DNA of 34,841 bases from the NCBI GenBank assembly GCA_040255145.1, contig JBDZUN010000006.1, positions 1-34,841 of the forward strand. The letters run 5' to 3'. The translations under genes were made by a program, and so were the position numbers. Below are positions 9,413 to 18,009 of the stretch, piece by piece. The stretch is from Hyphomicrobiales bacterium (GTDB taxonomy: Bacteria; Pseudomonadota; Alphaproteobacteria; JBDZUN01). Within the stretch, counting starts at the first letter, position 1; every line of letters begins with the position of its first letter. Below the pieces are notes generated by a model. It had not been told where the DNA came from. It did not search any database and saw nothing but the letters and a program-made list of their open reading frames with translations.

Positions 9413-11833
9413 TCAGGCCGGGGCGTGGGCGCTCGCCACGACGGTGGGCCGCGCCGAGATCGCGGCGCGGACCTGACCCTGGCGCAGGGCGGCCAGGACC
9501 TCCTCGCGCGGTCCGTCGGCGACGATCCGGCCGCCGTCGAAGATGATCAGCCGGTCGACCAGGCTCAGCAGCGAACTGCGGTGCGTGACCAGGATCAGCG
9601 TCTTGTTCGGCAGGACGGTGCCGAGGCGCTGCTTGAACATCGCCTCGGTGGCGTTGTCCATGCAGCTCGTCGGCTCGTCCAGTACCAGGATCGGCGGGTC
9701 CTGCAGCAGGGCGCGCGCCACCACGATCGACTGTCGCTGGCCGCCGGACAGCGACATGCCGCGTTCGCCGACCTGAAGGTCGAAGCCCTGCGGATGGGTG
9801 CGGATGAAATCCGTGACCCCGGCCGTCGTGGCCGCGCGCAGGATGCTGGCGTCGTCCATCTGCGGCGCGCCGAAGCCGATATTGTACCGGACGCTGCCGT
9901 AGAACAGGTAATTGTCCTGCGAGACATAGCCGACATTGCGCCGCAGATCGGCCGGATCGACCTGGCGCAGGTCGGTGCCATCGACCAGAACCGCGCCTTC
10001 GATCGGCTCGTACAGGCCGCACATCAGCCGGGCCGCCGTGCTCTTGCCCGAGCCGATGCGCCCCAAGAGGCCGACCCGCTCGCCCGGGCGGATGCGGAAG
10101 CTCACGTCGTGCAGCGCCGGACCCTGCTGGGTCGGATAGGCGAAGCTGACATTGCGGAACTCGATGTCGCCGTCGAGCTTCGGCCGATGCAGGAAGTTGC
10201 TGTCCTCGGTCCGCTCGGTCGGCATCTTCATCAGCCCGTCGAGCGCCTTCAGCGCGACGCGCGACTGCGCCAGCCGCGTGACCATGGCCGCGATCGCGCC
10301 GAGCGGCGCCAGCGCCCGGCTGGACAGCAGCGTCGCGGCGACCAGCGCGCCCGTGGTGAGCTTGCCGTCCGCGATCTCATAGACGCCCCACACGACGACC
10401 AGGACCGACGTGAACTGGATCGCGAAGGTGCTGAACGTTATCGCGATCCCGGAGATGAACCGCGCCTTGGTGGACGAGCGGGCGGTGGCGCCGACGAAGC
10501 GTTCCCACGAGCCCTGCATGCGGCTTTCGGCGGAGACGGCCTTGATGGTCTCCAGGCCGTCGATCGTCTCGATCAGCAGCGCGTGCTTCTGATTCGATTC
10601 CTGGTGCGCCCGCTCCACCACCCGGCGCAACGGGAATTGCAGGATCAGCCCGGCGCCGATCACCAGCGGCACCATGATCAGCGGAATCAGGGCGAGCGGA
10701 CCGGCCAGCAGCGCGATCACGCCGATGAACAGGAAGATGAACGGCAGGTCGACCAGGGCCGCCATCGTTCCCGACGTGAAGAATTCGCGCAGGGATTCGA
10801 ATTCGCGCAGGTTGTTGGCCATCGCGCCGACCGACGGCGGCTTCGCCTCCATGCGGATGGCCATCAGCTGCTGGAGCAGCCGGCTCGCGATGATCACGTC
10901 GGCGTTCTTGCCGGCGACGTCGACGAAATAGGTGCGCAGGTTGCGCAGGATGAATTCGAACAGATAGGCGGTGCCGACGCCGATCGCGAGCACCCACAGG
11001 GTCTGGGTCGCGTTGTTGGGCACGACGCGGTCGTACACGTTCATGACGAATAGCGGGCTCGCCAGGACGAAGCAGTTGATCAGCAGCGACGCGATCACGA
11101 CGTGGCTGTAGATCGGCCAGAAGCGCGCCAGCGTGCCCCAGAACCATTCGCGCGGGTCGCCGATCTGGATGCGCTCGGCGCGGGCGTCGACCCGCGTCTC
11201 AAGGCGCGCGAAGATGGCGTAGCCGACGAAATCGGTCTCGAGCGTCGCGAGGTCGACCATGCTCGACTGCTGGCCGTGCTCGGGCGCGATGATCTCTGCG
11301 TGCTGGTCGCGGACGCCGAGCAGGACGCAGGCTTCACCATGCCGCAGTAGCAGGATGCACGGCATGGTGACCGCCGCGATGTCGGCGACATGTGTTTTGC
11401 GCGCGAGGCGCGCGCGCAGGCCCGCCCGCTCGGCGGCGCGGATCGCGAGCTCTGGCGGCGTCGGGCCGTCGACGTGGGGCAGGCCGGCGGTCAGCGCCTC
11501 GGTCGAGATCGGCCGGCCGAGCAGCGCGGAAAGATGCGCCAGCGCACCCATCAGCGGATCGGTGAAATCGACCGCGCCGGCCGGCACCGACCATTCGGCG
11601 GCCGGATCGTCCAGCACCTCGGGCGGGTGCACGACGGCGCTGGCCGGGGCCGCCTCGGTTTCGATTTCCGCTTCGATATCGACGGCGGCGCGCGCCGCCG
11701 TTTCGTCCCCGGCGCTCCGGATGGGATCGCCCGCGCCGGCCGCCGTTGCGGCCGCCGAGTCCGATTTCGCCTCTGCGCGCCCATCGGCGGCGCGCGACGC
11801 CGTCACGCCGCGATAACCCGGAATCGATCGCAT
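9413..11833 (-). CDS. Type I secretion permease/ATPase with C39-like domain (LapB-like)
   Basis: C39-like N-domain (DPLMGAL...LTAGLP...PCILLL), FVMNVYDRVVPN TM domain, Walker A GRIGSGKST, LSGGQRQ, Walker B ILVLDE. Start uncertain. Confidence 0.96.
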   Translation of the reverse strand: MRSIPGYRGVTASRAADGRAEAKSDSAAATAAGAGDPIRSAGDETAARAAVDIEAEIETEAAPASAVVHPPEVLDDPAAEWSVPAGAVDFTDPLMGALAHLSALLGRPISTEALTAGLPHVDGPTPPELAIRAAERAGLRARLARKTHVADIAAVTMPCILLLRHGEACVLLGVRDQHAEIIAPEHGQQSSMVDLATLETDFVGYAIFARLETRVDARAERIQIGDPREWFWGTLARFWPIYSHVVIASLLINCFVLASPLFVMNVYDRVVPNNATQTLWVLAIGVGTAYLFEFILRNLRTYFVDVAGKNADVIIASRLLQQLMAIRMEAKPPSVGAMANNLREFESLREFFTSGTMAALVDLPFIFLFIGVIALLAGPLALIPLIMVPLVIGAGLILQFPLRRVVERAHQESNQKHALLIETIDGLETIKAVSAESRMQGSWERFVGATARSSTKARFISGIAITFSTFAIQFTSVLVVVWGVYEIADGKLTTGALVAATLLSSRALAPLGAIAAMVTRLAQSRVALKALDGLMKMPTERTEDSNFLHRPKLDGDIEFRNVSFAYPTQQGPALHDVSFRIRPGERVGLLGRIGSGKSTAARLMCGLYEPIEGAVLVDGTDLRQVDPADLRRNVGYVSQDNYLFYGSVRYNIGFGAPQMDDASILRAATTAGVTDFIRTHPQGFDLQVGERGMSLSGGQRQSIVVARALLQDPPILVLDEPTSCMDNATEAMFKQRLGTVLPNKTLILVTHRSSLLSLVDRLIIFDGGRIVADGPREEVLAALRQGQVRAAISARPTVVASAHAPA

Positions 11834-12050
11834 CGACTACCCCTCTGGTACGCTGAAGCGGCGTCCAACCCCTCATTGCGGTGGTGGATCGGCGCCCGAT
11901 ATCGGCAATGTGCGCAACTCGATTGCAACAACGGTCTTTTCCGCAACTCGAAAGACGCTACTATCGCGGCCGGCAGATACGATCCGGTTAACGCATTCGT
12001 AGCACCAAGCTTGTAATCGAATGCTTAAGAAGGCGTCGCTGTCAGGGGGA

Positions 12051-12066
12051 TGGCACGGGTGTTGCC
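12051..12066 (+). promoter_or_regulatory. Sigma54 (-24/-12) promoter upstream of the TolC gene
   Basis: TGGCACG-GGTG-TTGC matches the TGGCACG-N4-TTGC consensus exactly, in an intergenic region about 125 nt upstream of the ATG. Confidence 0.7.
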
Positions 12067-12189
12067 AGGCGGCCACATCGTTGGCTTTTTAGCATAATCC
12101 ACCGGGAAACGCCAAAAGGCGATGCGTATTTCCGTGGGATCAGTTTAGAAATAGCCGTCCTGGGGGGCGGCAGCAGAGGGGTTTGGCCG

Positions 12190-13554
12190 ATGAGTAGTGC
12201 GGGTGAGGGGCTTCTGCGGGCCTTGGGCGTCCTGACATCCGTCTGCGCGCTGTTCGCTGCATTTCCGGCCAACGCGACGACGCTGGAGGAGGCCGTCCGA
12301 CTGACGCTTTCGACAAACCCGGACATCGGCGTGGTCGCCAACGACCGGCGTGCAGTCGATCAGGAATTGCGCCAGTCGCGCGGCCTGTACCTGCCGCAGA
12401 TCGACGTCCGGGGCGACATCGGGCCGCAGGACATCCGCAATGTCGGCCAGCCCACCGGCAGCGGCACGCAATGGCGCAAGGAGATCGCCGGCACGCTGCA
12501 GCAGCGCGTGTTCGACGGATTCGAGGCCGACAGCATGGTCGCGCGCGACAAGGCCCGGGTCGAATCGGCGGCCAACCGCGTCTATGAGAATTCCGAATTC
12601 CGCGGGCTCGACGCGATCGGCGCCTATCTCGGCGTGCTGCGCGACCAGGATCTGCTGCGCCTCGGGCAGGAGAACGTGAAGGTCCACGAAGATATCCTGG
12701 GCTCGCTGCAGGAACGGGAGCGCGGCGGCCGCGGCAGCCATTCCGACGTCAGCCAGACCCAGTCCCGCCTGGCGCGGGCGCGCGACACGGTCGCGAGCTC
12801 GCAGGCCACCCTGCGGACGACCGAGGCGACCTATGCCCGCGTGGTCGGCCAGTTCCCGCACGACCTGGAACAGCCGAAATTCCCCGAAAACGCCCTGCCG
12901 CCCGACCTTCAATCGGCGCTCGCGCTCGCCGCGGTGGCGAACCCGACCATGAAGATCGCCGAGGCCGACGTGCGCACCAGCAAGGCCGAGGTCTCGCTGG
13001 CCCAGGTGCCCTATTACCCGAAGCTGAACGTCCAGGCCGAGGCCGGCTATTACGACAACATCAGCGGCATCGCCGACAAGCAGTACGGCTATCAGGCGCA
13101 GCTCCGCATGGACTGGAACCTCTATCGCGGCGGCATCGACTATGCGGCCCGCCAGGAGGCCCTGGCCCGGATGGAGGAAGCGAAGAGCAAGCGTGAGGGG
13201 TCGTACCTCGACGGCCAGCAGCAGATGCGCACGTCGTGGGCCGACCTGGAGAGCAACCACCAGCGGGTCGGCGAGCTACGCCATGCGGTCCAGTACGCCG
13301 CCGAGACGCGCGACGCCTATCGCGAGCAGTTCGCCGTCGCCCAGCGCACCCTGCTCGACGTGCTCGACGCCGAGAACGAGCTTTTCGTCGCCCGCGGTCA
13401 GCTCGTGACGGCCGAAGCCAACGAGCTGCTGTCGTCCTATCGCATCCTCGCGGTGGCGGGCGCGCTGCTCACCACGCTCGGCATCCCGGCGCCGCAGGAA
13501 GCCTATGTGCAGCACAAGACCTGGTGGCAGGCCGTTGCCGGCAGCGGGAAGTAA
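12190..13554 (+). CDS. TolC-family outer membrane secretion channel (LapE/AggA-like)
   Basis: Signal peptide (ANA-TTLEEAV), YLPQID, YYPKLNV, WNLYRGG, QFAVAQRTLLDVLDAENELF. Confidence 0.95.
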   Translation: MSSAGEGLLRALGVLTSVCALFAAFPANATTLEEAVRLTLSTNPDIGVVANDRRAVDQELRQSRGLYLPQIDVRGDIGPQDIRNVGQPTGSGTQWRKEIAGTLQQRVFDGFEADSMVARDKARVESAANRVYENSEFRGLDAIGAYLGVLRDQDLLRLGQENVKVHEDILGSLQERERGGRGSHSDVSQTQSRLARARDTVASSQATLRTTEATYARVVGQFPHDLEQPKFPENALPPDLQSALALAAVANPTMKIAEADVRTSKAEVSLAQVPYYPKLNVQAEAGYYDNISGIADKQYGYQAQLRMDWNLYRGGIDYAARQEALARMEEAKSKREGSYLDGQQQMRTSWADLESNHQRVGELRHAVQYAAETRDAYREQFAVAQRTLLDVLDAENELFVARGQLVTAEANELLSSYRILAVAGALLTTLGIPAPQEAYVQHKTWWQAVAGSGK

Positions 13555-14074
13555 CGCCGCCGCGTAGAAGCGGCCCGGCCTTGGCGCGCCGCGGGCCAGC
13601 CGCCCGCGCGGCGACCCGGCTCCGCCTGCGGGCGGAGCGCCGGCTGCCTGGATGCCTGATTGCGGCATCGGAACGTTGGCTGCGCGCCTGAAATCGCGAC
13701 GTCTCCGACAATCGCTCCGATCACGAAGCATGAGCCTGCGATAAATGCTGCCGCGCCGTCGGGTTCGCCGGGCGGGATCCGCGCGGTCGCGCCGCGGGGC
13801 GCCCGTCGGTCTACGGACGGGCCGGGAAACGCCGTGCCGAAACGGTTGTCGGGCTTCGGGCGAGCGAGCGGCCGGGGCCTGGCCGCAGCGGCTTGTGCGG
13901 CGCGGCGGCCGATATGCGCGCCGCGCCGCACCGTTTCATCTATCGGGCGTTGCCGGTCGCATTGGTTTCGGTTGATTTTCGGCCGTCGCGGTAAAATGCC
14001 TCTGTGTCCTGGCGCCTGCCCGGGGCGCGATGTTGCATGGATAAGATTGATCTGCGGGAAGCAAAGACGCCGCC

Positions 14075-14103
14075 TTGATTTCGTTTTTCCTCCGCTTTAA
14101 GGT
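14075..14103 (+). promoter_or_regulatory. Candidate sigma70 promoter of mucR
   Basis: TTGATT (14075-14080)-N17-TAAGGT (14098-14103) in an AT-rich tract upstream of mucR. Confidence 0.45.
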
Positions 14104-14138
14104 CCGCCGATCGATTCATTCATTAGGAAGCGGGCGGT

Positions 14139-14558
14139 ATGGAGGAGCAGCAGAACCTTATAGAGATGACGGTTGAGATCGTGGCCGCCTATGTTAGCAA
14201 GAATCGGGTCGAGGCGGGCGATCTGCCGAATCTCATCCACCAGACCTACGCCGCGCTCGCTTCCACCGACCAGGCCCCCGTGCCGGCACCCAGCGAACCG
14301 GTCAAGCCGGCCGTCCCGATCAAGCGTTCCGTGACGCCGGATTACATCATCTGCCTGGACGACGGAAAGAAGTTCAAGTCGCTCAAGCGTCACCTGCGCA
14401 CGCATTACGACCTGACGCCGGAAGAATACCGGGCGAAATGGGGCCTGCCGAAAGACTATCCGATGGTCGCGCCGAACTATGCCGCGGCGCGGTCGAATCT
14501 CGCGCGCGAGATGGGCCTTGGCCAGAAGGGCAAGCGCAAGTCGCGCCGTTCAGCGTGA
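14139..14558 (+). CDS. mucR: MucR/Ros family regulator (nucleoid-associated)
   Basis: EIVAAYVSKN, PAVPIKRSVTPDYIICLDDGKKFKSLKRHLRTHY, YRAKWGLPKDYPMVAPNYAAARS. Confidence 0.98.
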   Translation: MEEQQNLIEMTVEIVAAYVSKNRVEAGDLPNLIHQTYAALASTDQAPVPAPSEPVKPAVPIKRSVTPDYIICLDDGKKFKSLKRHLRTHYDLTPEEYRAKWGLPKDYPMVAPNYAAARSNLAREMGLGQKGKRKSRRSA

Positions 14559-14621
14559 GAATCCTGGCGGCCTGAGCATGTCGGCGGGCCGGTTATCCGG
14601 CCCGGCCGACCCACGCGGCGG

Positions 14622-15119
14622 TCATGCCGCGGCCGGCCCGCGACGCTCGGGACCGGAATAGGACGGGTCGTCGCGGCGGCGGCGGCACGGCCCGACATAG
14701 TTCGGGCTGCGCACGAACGGCCGCGGCGTCTCGATCACCGAAACCAGCCGCAGATACAGGTCTTTCGGCGTCACCGGCTTGCGCAGGAATTCCGAGACGC
14801 CGGCGTCGCGCGCCGTCACGACGCGATGGCGCTCGGTATGCGCCGTCAGCATGATGATCGGCACGTATGGGTGCGGGCTGTCCTCGCCGCGCCGAACCAG
14901 CCGCGTGAAATCCGCGCCGTCCAGTGGGCTCATATTGTAGTCGACGATGACGATGTCGACCGGGGTGTTCCGCAATGCGATGAAGCCGTCGGTCGCGTTC
15001 TGCGTCTCGTAGACGGTCCTGATCCCGAAGCCGTGGAGGATCGTCTTCAGGATGGTCAGCATGTGCTGATTGTCGTCGATCAGCAGGACCGACAAGTGCG
15101 TGAAATCGTATCCGGCCAT
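14622..15119 (-). CDS. CheY-like single-domain response regulator with Arg-rich C-terminal extension (Cle-type)
   Basis: Receiver residues intact (LLIDD, IVDYNM, MLTAH, FLRKP); tail carries YVGPCRR and YSGPERR. ATG at 15119. Confidence 0.92.
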   Translation of the reverse strand: MAGYDFTHLSVLLIDDNQHMLTILKTILHGFGIRTVYETQNATDGFIALRNTPVDIVIVDYNMSPLDGADFTRLVRRGEDSPHPYVPIIMLTAHTERHRVVTARDAGVSEFLRKPVTPKDLYLRLVSVIETPRPFVRSPNYVGPCRRRRDDPSYSGPERRGPAAA

Positions 15120-15203
15120 GGCGTCCGATCCGGTGCCCGGCGGCGGCCCGGCTGGCCCGCGCCCGCGCCGCCAGGCGCTGCCCGTCACGCTAGCCCGGGC
15201 CGC

Positions 15204-15219
15204 TTAAGCCGGGGTTAAC
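15204..15219. promoter_or_regulatory. CtrA binding box
   Basis: TTAA-GCCGGGG-TTAAC, an exact TTAA-N7-TTAA(C) match in a divergent intergenic region of a very GC-rich genome. Confidence 0.85.
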
Positions 15220-15231
15220 CACCATCCCGCC

Positions 15232-15259
15232 TTGATATAGGAATATTATCCCATATACT
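15232..15259 (+). promoter_or_regulatory. Sigma70-type promoter of the DUF6456 gene
   Basis: TTGATA (15232-15237)-N16-TATACT (15254-15259), about 32 nt before ATG 15292. Confidence 0.65.
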
Positions 15260-15291
15260 ATCGGCCATCCACGATGGGATGGGGATGTGGG

Positions 15292-16068
15292 ATGGCCAGG
15301 ACAAAGCGTAACGCCGATCAAGCCGAATTGTGGGCGCTGCTGCGGCGGCTGGGCCGGGAGGGTACGGTCCTGCACGCGGACAATCACGGAACATATTCCT
15401 TATGCCGGGCAGGCCGGCGTGTCGGCACGCTGTCCGCGGCGGTGGTGCGGATGCTGGCCGGGCACGACCTGCTCTGCGCCGTTCCCGGAACAAACCATGA
15501 ATTCGTGTTGTCCGATGCCGGCCACGCCCTGCTGCGGCGTCGTCTGGCGCAGGGCGACGATTCGTTCCGCGCCCAGCACCAGCTTGCCGGCGCGCGGGCG
15601 CTGGCGCCGGGCGGGGATCGGGCGGCGGTCAATCTGGCCGAAACGCCGCTCGGCTGGCTGGCGCGCCGGCGCGGTCCGGACGGCAAGCCGTTCCTGGACA
15701 CGGACGAATTCGAGGCGGGTGAGCGGCTGCGCGCCGACTTCACCTATGCCAGCCTGATGCCGCGGCTGACCCAGCATTGGGCCGAACCGATCGGCGCCGG
15801 CCGGGGAGGCGCCGAGGCCGACCCGCGCGATTCGCAGATCGCCGCCAAGCAGCGGTTCCTGCGCGCGCTCGACGCCGTGGGCCCGGGCCTGTCGGACGTG
15901 CTGGTGGCGGTATGCTGCCATCTCCAGGGACTGGAGGACGCCGAGCGCGAATTCCATTGGCCGACCCGCTCGGGCAAGGTGGTGCTGAAGATCGCGCTCG
16001 GGCGCCTGGCCGAACACTACCGCTCGGGCGCGCGCCGGCGGCGGGCCGCGCCCCAGCCGGCCACGTGA
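15292..16068 (+). CDS. DUF6456 protein, GafZ / GafA C-terminal-like transcription regulator
   Basis: VNLAETPLGWLARRR..DGKPFL....EAGERLRADF, ALDAVGPGLSDVLVAVCCHLQGLEDAE...WPTRSGKVVLKIALGRLAEHY; close to mucR. Start 15292 or 15274. Confidence 0.88.
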   Translation: MARTKRNADQAELWALLRRLGREGTVLHADNHGTYSLCRAGRRVGTLSAAVVRMLAGHDLLCAVPGTNHEFVLSDAGHALLRRRLAQGDDSFRAQHQLAGARALAPGGDRAAVNLAETPLGWLARRRGPDGKPFLDTDEFEAGERLRADFTYASLMPRLTQHWAEPIGAGRGGAEADPRDSQIAAKQRFLRALDAVGPGLSDVLVAVCCHLQGLEDAEREFHWPTRSGKVVLKIALGRLAEHYRSGARRRRAAPQPAT

Positions 16069-16197
16069 TGCCGTGGCCGTGGCATCGCGGCCACGGTCCC
16101 ACGGACTCTGGAGGGATCAACCGAATCCGCTGGACGGCGTTTACCTCGGCTGACAAGAATTGCCCGCAGCGCCTTTCAGGAACGGAGATATTCCCGA

Positions 16198-16917
16198 ATG
16201 TCCAGCCCGACAGAGCAGCCGCAGGCGATCCATCCGTCTTGGCCGACCGGCGAGGCGGTCAAGGCGTTCCTGCGGCGCCATCCGGCGTTCCTGGCCGGCG
16301 ATCCGGAATTGTTGGCGGCGATGCTGCCGAGCGGCAGCGACGACAGCGGCAACGTGGTCGACCTGCAGAACTTCGTGATCCAGCGCCTGCAGCGGGAGGG
16401 CGATCGCCTCAAGGCCGCCAATGCCGACCTGGCGGCGACGCATGACGGGGTGCTGATCGCCCATGCGCGCGTGCAGGAGGCGGTACTGGCGCTGCTGGGC
16501 GCGCGGTCGTTCGACCACTTCATTGCGCTCGCGACCGGCGAGGTGCCCGGCCTGCTGGCGCTCGATATCCTGACCCTCTGCCTCGAATCGCCGGAAAACC
16601 CGCCGCCGCCGCCGGCGTTCCAGGGCGTGCGGGTCCTGCCCGAGGGCTCGGTCGAGGCGCTGCTCGGGGCCGACCATGACCTCTTGATCGGACCCGGCAT
16701 GCGCGCCGACCCGATCGTGTTCGGCCCCGACGCCGCGATGCTGCGCTCGCAGGCCCTGGTGCGCATCCGTCTGGGCGACGGCGCGCCGGCCGGCGTCCTG
16801 GCGCTCGGCAGCCGCTTCGCCGACGCGTTCGAGGGCGACGTGGCGGCCGAACTGCTCGGCTTCTTCGGCCGGGTGGTCGAACAATGCATCCGCATCTGGC
16901 TGGAGCTTCATGGCTGA
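16198..16917 (+). CDS. DUF484 family protein (YigA-like)
   Basis: VKAFLRRHPAFL...DPELL, NVVDLQ..IQRL, GVLALGSR; overlaps the xerC start, the usual DUF484-xerC pairing. Confidence 0.88.
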   Translation: MSSPTEQPQAIHPSWPTGEAVKAFLRRHPAFLAGDPELLAAMLPSGSDDSGNVVDLQNFVIQRLQREGDRLKAANADLAATHDGVLIAHARVQEAVLALLGARSFDHFIALATGEVPGLLALDILTLCLESPENPPPPPAFQGVRVLPEGSVEALLGADHDLLIGPGMRADPIVFGPDAAMLRSQALVRIRLGDGAPAGVLALGSRFADAFEGDVAAELLGFFGRVVEQCIRIWLELHG

Positions 16918-17917
16918 GCCGACCGGTTCCGCCGATCCCGGCCGGACGGGCGAGGCCGACGGCGCCCGCGCGCCCGACCGGCTCGGCGCGCTCCTGCCGG
17001 TCGAGGCCGACCTGCGCGAGCAGGCCGAACGCTGGCTCGGCCACCTGGCCAGCGAGCGGCGCGCCAGCCGCCACACGCTGGCCGCCTATCGCGGCGACCT
17101 GTCGGTATTCCTGACATTCCTGGCCGGGCATCTCGGCGGACCCGTGGGCCTCGCCGCGCTGGCCGCCGCGCGGACGGCGGATTTCCGCGCCTTTCTGGCG
17201 CAACGCCGCGCCGACGGCCTGGGCGCCACCTCGGTGGCCCGCGCGCTGTCGGTGGTGCGCGGCTTCTATCGGTTCCTGGCGCGCAACGACGTGATCGCCA
17301 ATGCCGCGATCGCGGCGATGCGCGGGCCCAGGCGGCCGCACGCCATCCCGAAGGCGCTGAGCGCGCCGGCGGCGCGCGCGACGCTGGACGAGGTGGAGGC
17401 CGCGCCCGACGCGCCATGGGTCGCGGCGCGCGACACCGCGGTGCTGGCGCTGCTGTACGGGTGCGGCCTGCGCGTGTCCGAGGCGCTCGGCCTCGACCGC
17501 GCGGCGGCGCCGCTGGGCGAGGCGCTGACGGTCATGGGCAAGGGCCGGAAGCAGCGGCTGGTCCCGGTGCTGCCGGCGGTGCGCGAGGCGGTCGACCGCT
17601 ATCTCGCGCTCTGCCCCTATCGGCTCGGGGCGCGCGATCCGCTGTTCGTCGGGGTCAAGGGCGGCCGGCTCGACCCGCGCCTGGTCCAGCTCCGCATGGC
17701 GGATTTGCGCGGCCGGCTCGGCCTGCCGGCCAGCGCCACGCCGCACGCGCTGCGCCATTCCTTCGCGACCCATCTGCTGGCCGGCGGCGCCGATCTGCGC
17801 GCGATCCAGGAGTTGCTCGGGCACGCCAGGCTGTCGACCACTCAACTCTATGCGGAAGTCGACACGGCGCGCCTGCTTTCCGTCTATGCTGCCAGTCATC
17901 CGCGCGCGCACGGGTGA
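16910..17917 (+). CDS. xerC: Tyrosine recombinase XerC
   Basis: Catalytic R-K-H-R-H-Y set: LYGCGLRVSE, GKGRKQR, TPHALRHSFATH, LLGHA, STTQLY; ends HPRA; DUF484 neighbour. Confidence 0.93.
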   Translation: MAEPTGSADPGRTGEADGARAPDRLGALLPVEADLREQAERWLGHLASERRASRHTLAAYRGDLSVFLTFLAGHLGGPVGLAALAAARTADFRAFLAQRRADGLGATSVARALSVVRGFYRFLARNDVIANAAIAAMRGPRRPHAIPKALSAPAARATLDEVEAAPDAPWVAARDTAVLALLYGCGLRVSEALGLDRAAAPLGEALTVMGKGRKQRLVPVLPAVREAVDRYLALCPYRLGARDPLFVGVKGGRLDPRLVQLRMADLRGRLGLPASATPHALRHSFATHLLAGGADLRAIQELLGHARLSTTQLYAEVDTARLLSVYAASHPRAHG

Positions 17918-17995
17918 TCCGATCGCGTCCATGACGTTGCCGCTGGCGAACACCAGTGATCCGTGCGCGAACGGGTGATCCGGCGCTCCAGGACG
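17892..17995 (+). repeat. Degenerate direct repeat of the xerC 3' end
   Basis: ccagtcatccgcgcgcgcacgggtgatccg (17892-17921) vs ccagtgatccgtgcgcgaacgggtgatccg (17953-17982): 27/30 identical, with weaker similarity continuing to ..tcca(t/g)gacg. Confidence 0.75.
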
Positions 17996-18009
17996 GGGCT
18001 TGCGCGGGC

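Noticed and set aside
11988-12028. TTAA motifs upstream of the T1SS as CtrA boxes
   Set aside because: Neither has a second TTAA at 7 nt spacing; at best half sites.
13555-14138. Several overlapping ORFs between TolC and mucR, examined as possible T1SS cargo or GafY
   Set aside because: Arg/Ala/Pro-rich translations with no RTX repeats or HTH signature; more likely the long regulatory region of mucR.
16910-17917. Tyrosine recombinase as a phage or island integrase
   Set aside because: Sequence features and the DUF484 pairing fit housekeeping XerC; no phage or mobility genes nearby.
17892-17995. Two ~30 bp repeats 61 bp apart as a mini CRISPR array
   Set aside because: Only two degenerate copies, the first overlapping xerC coding sequence; no cas genes or leader.
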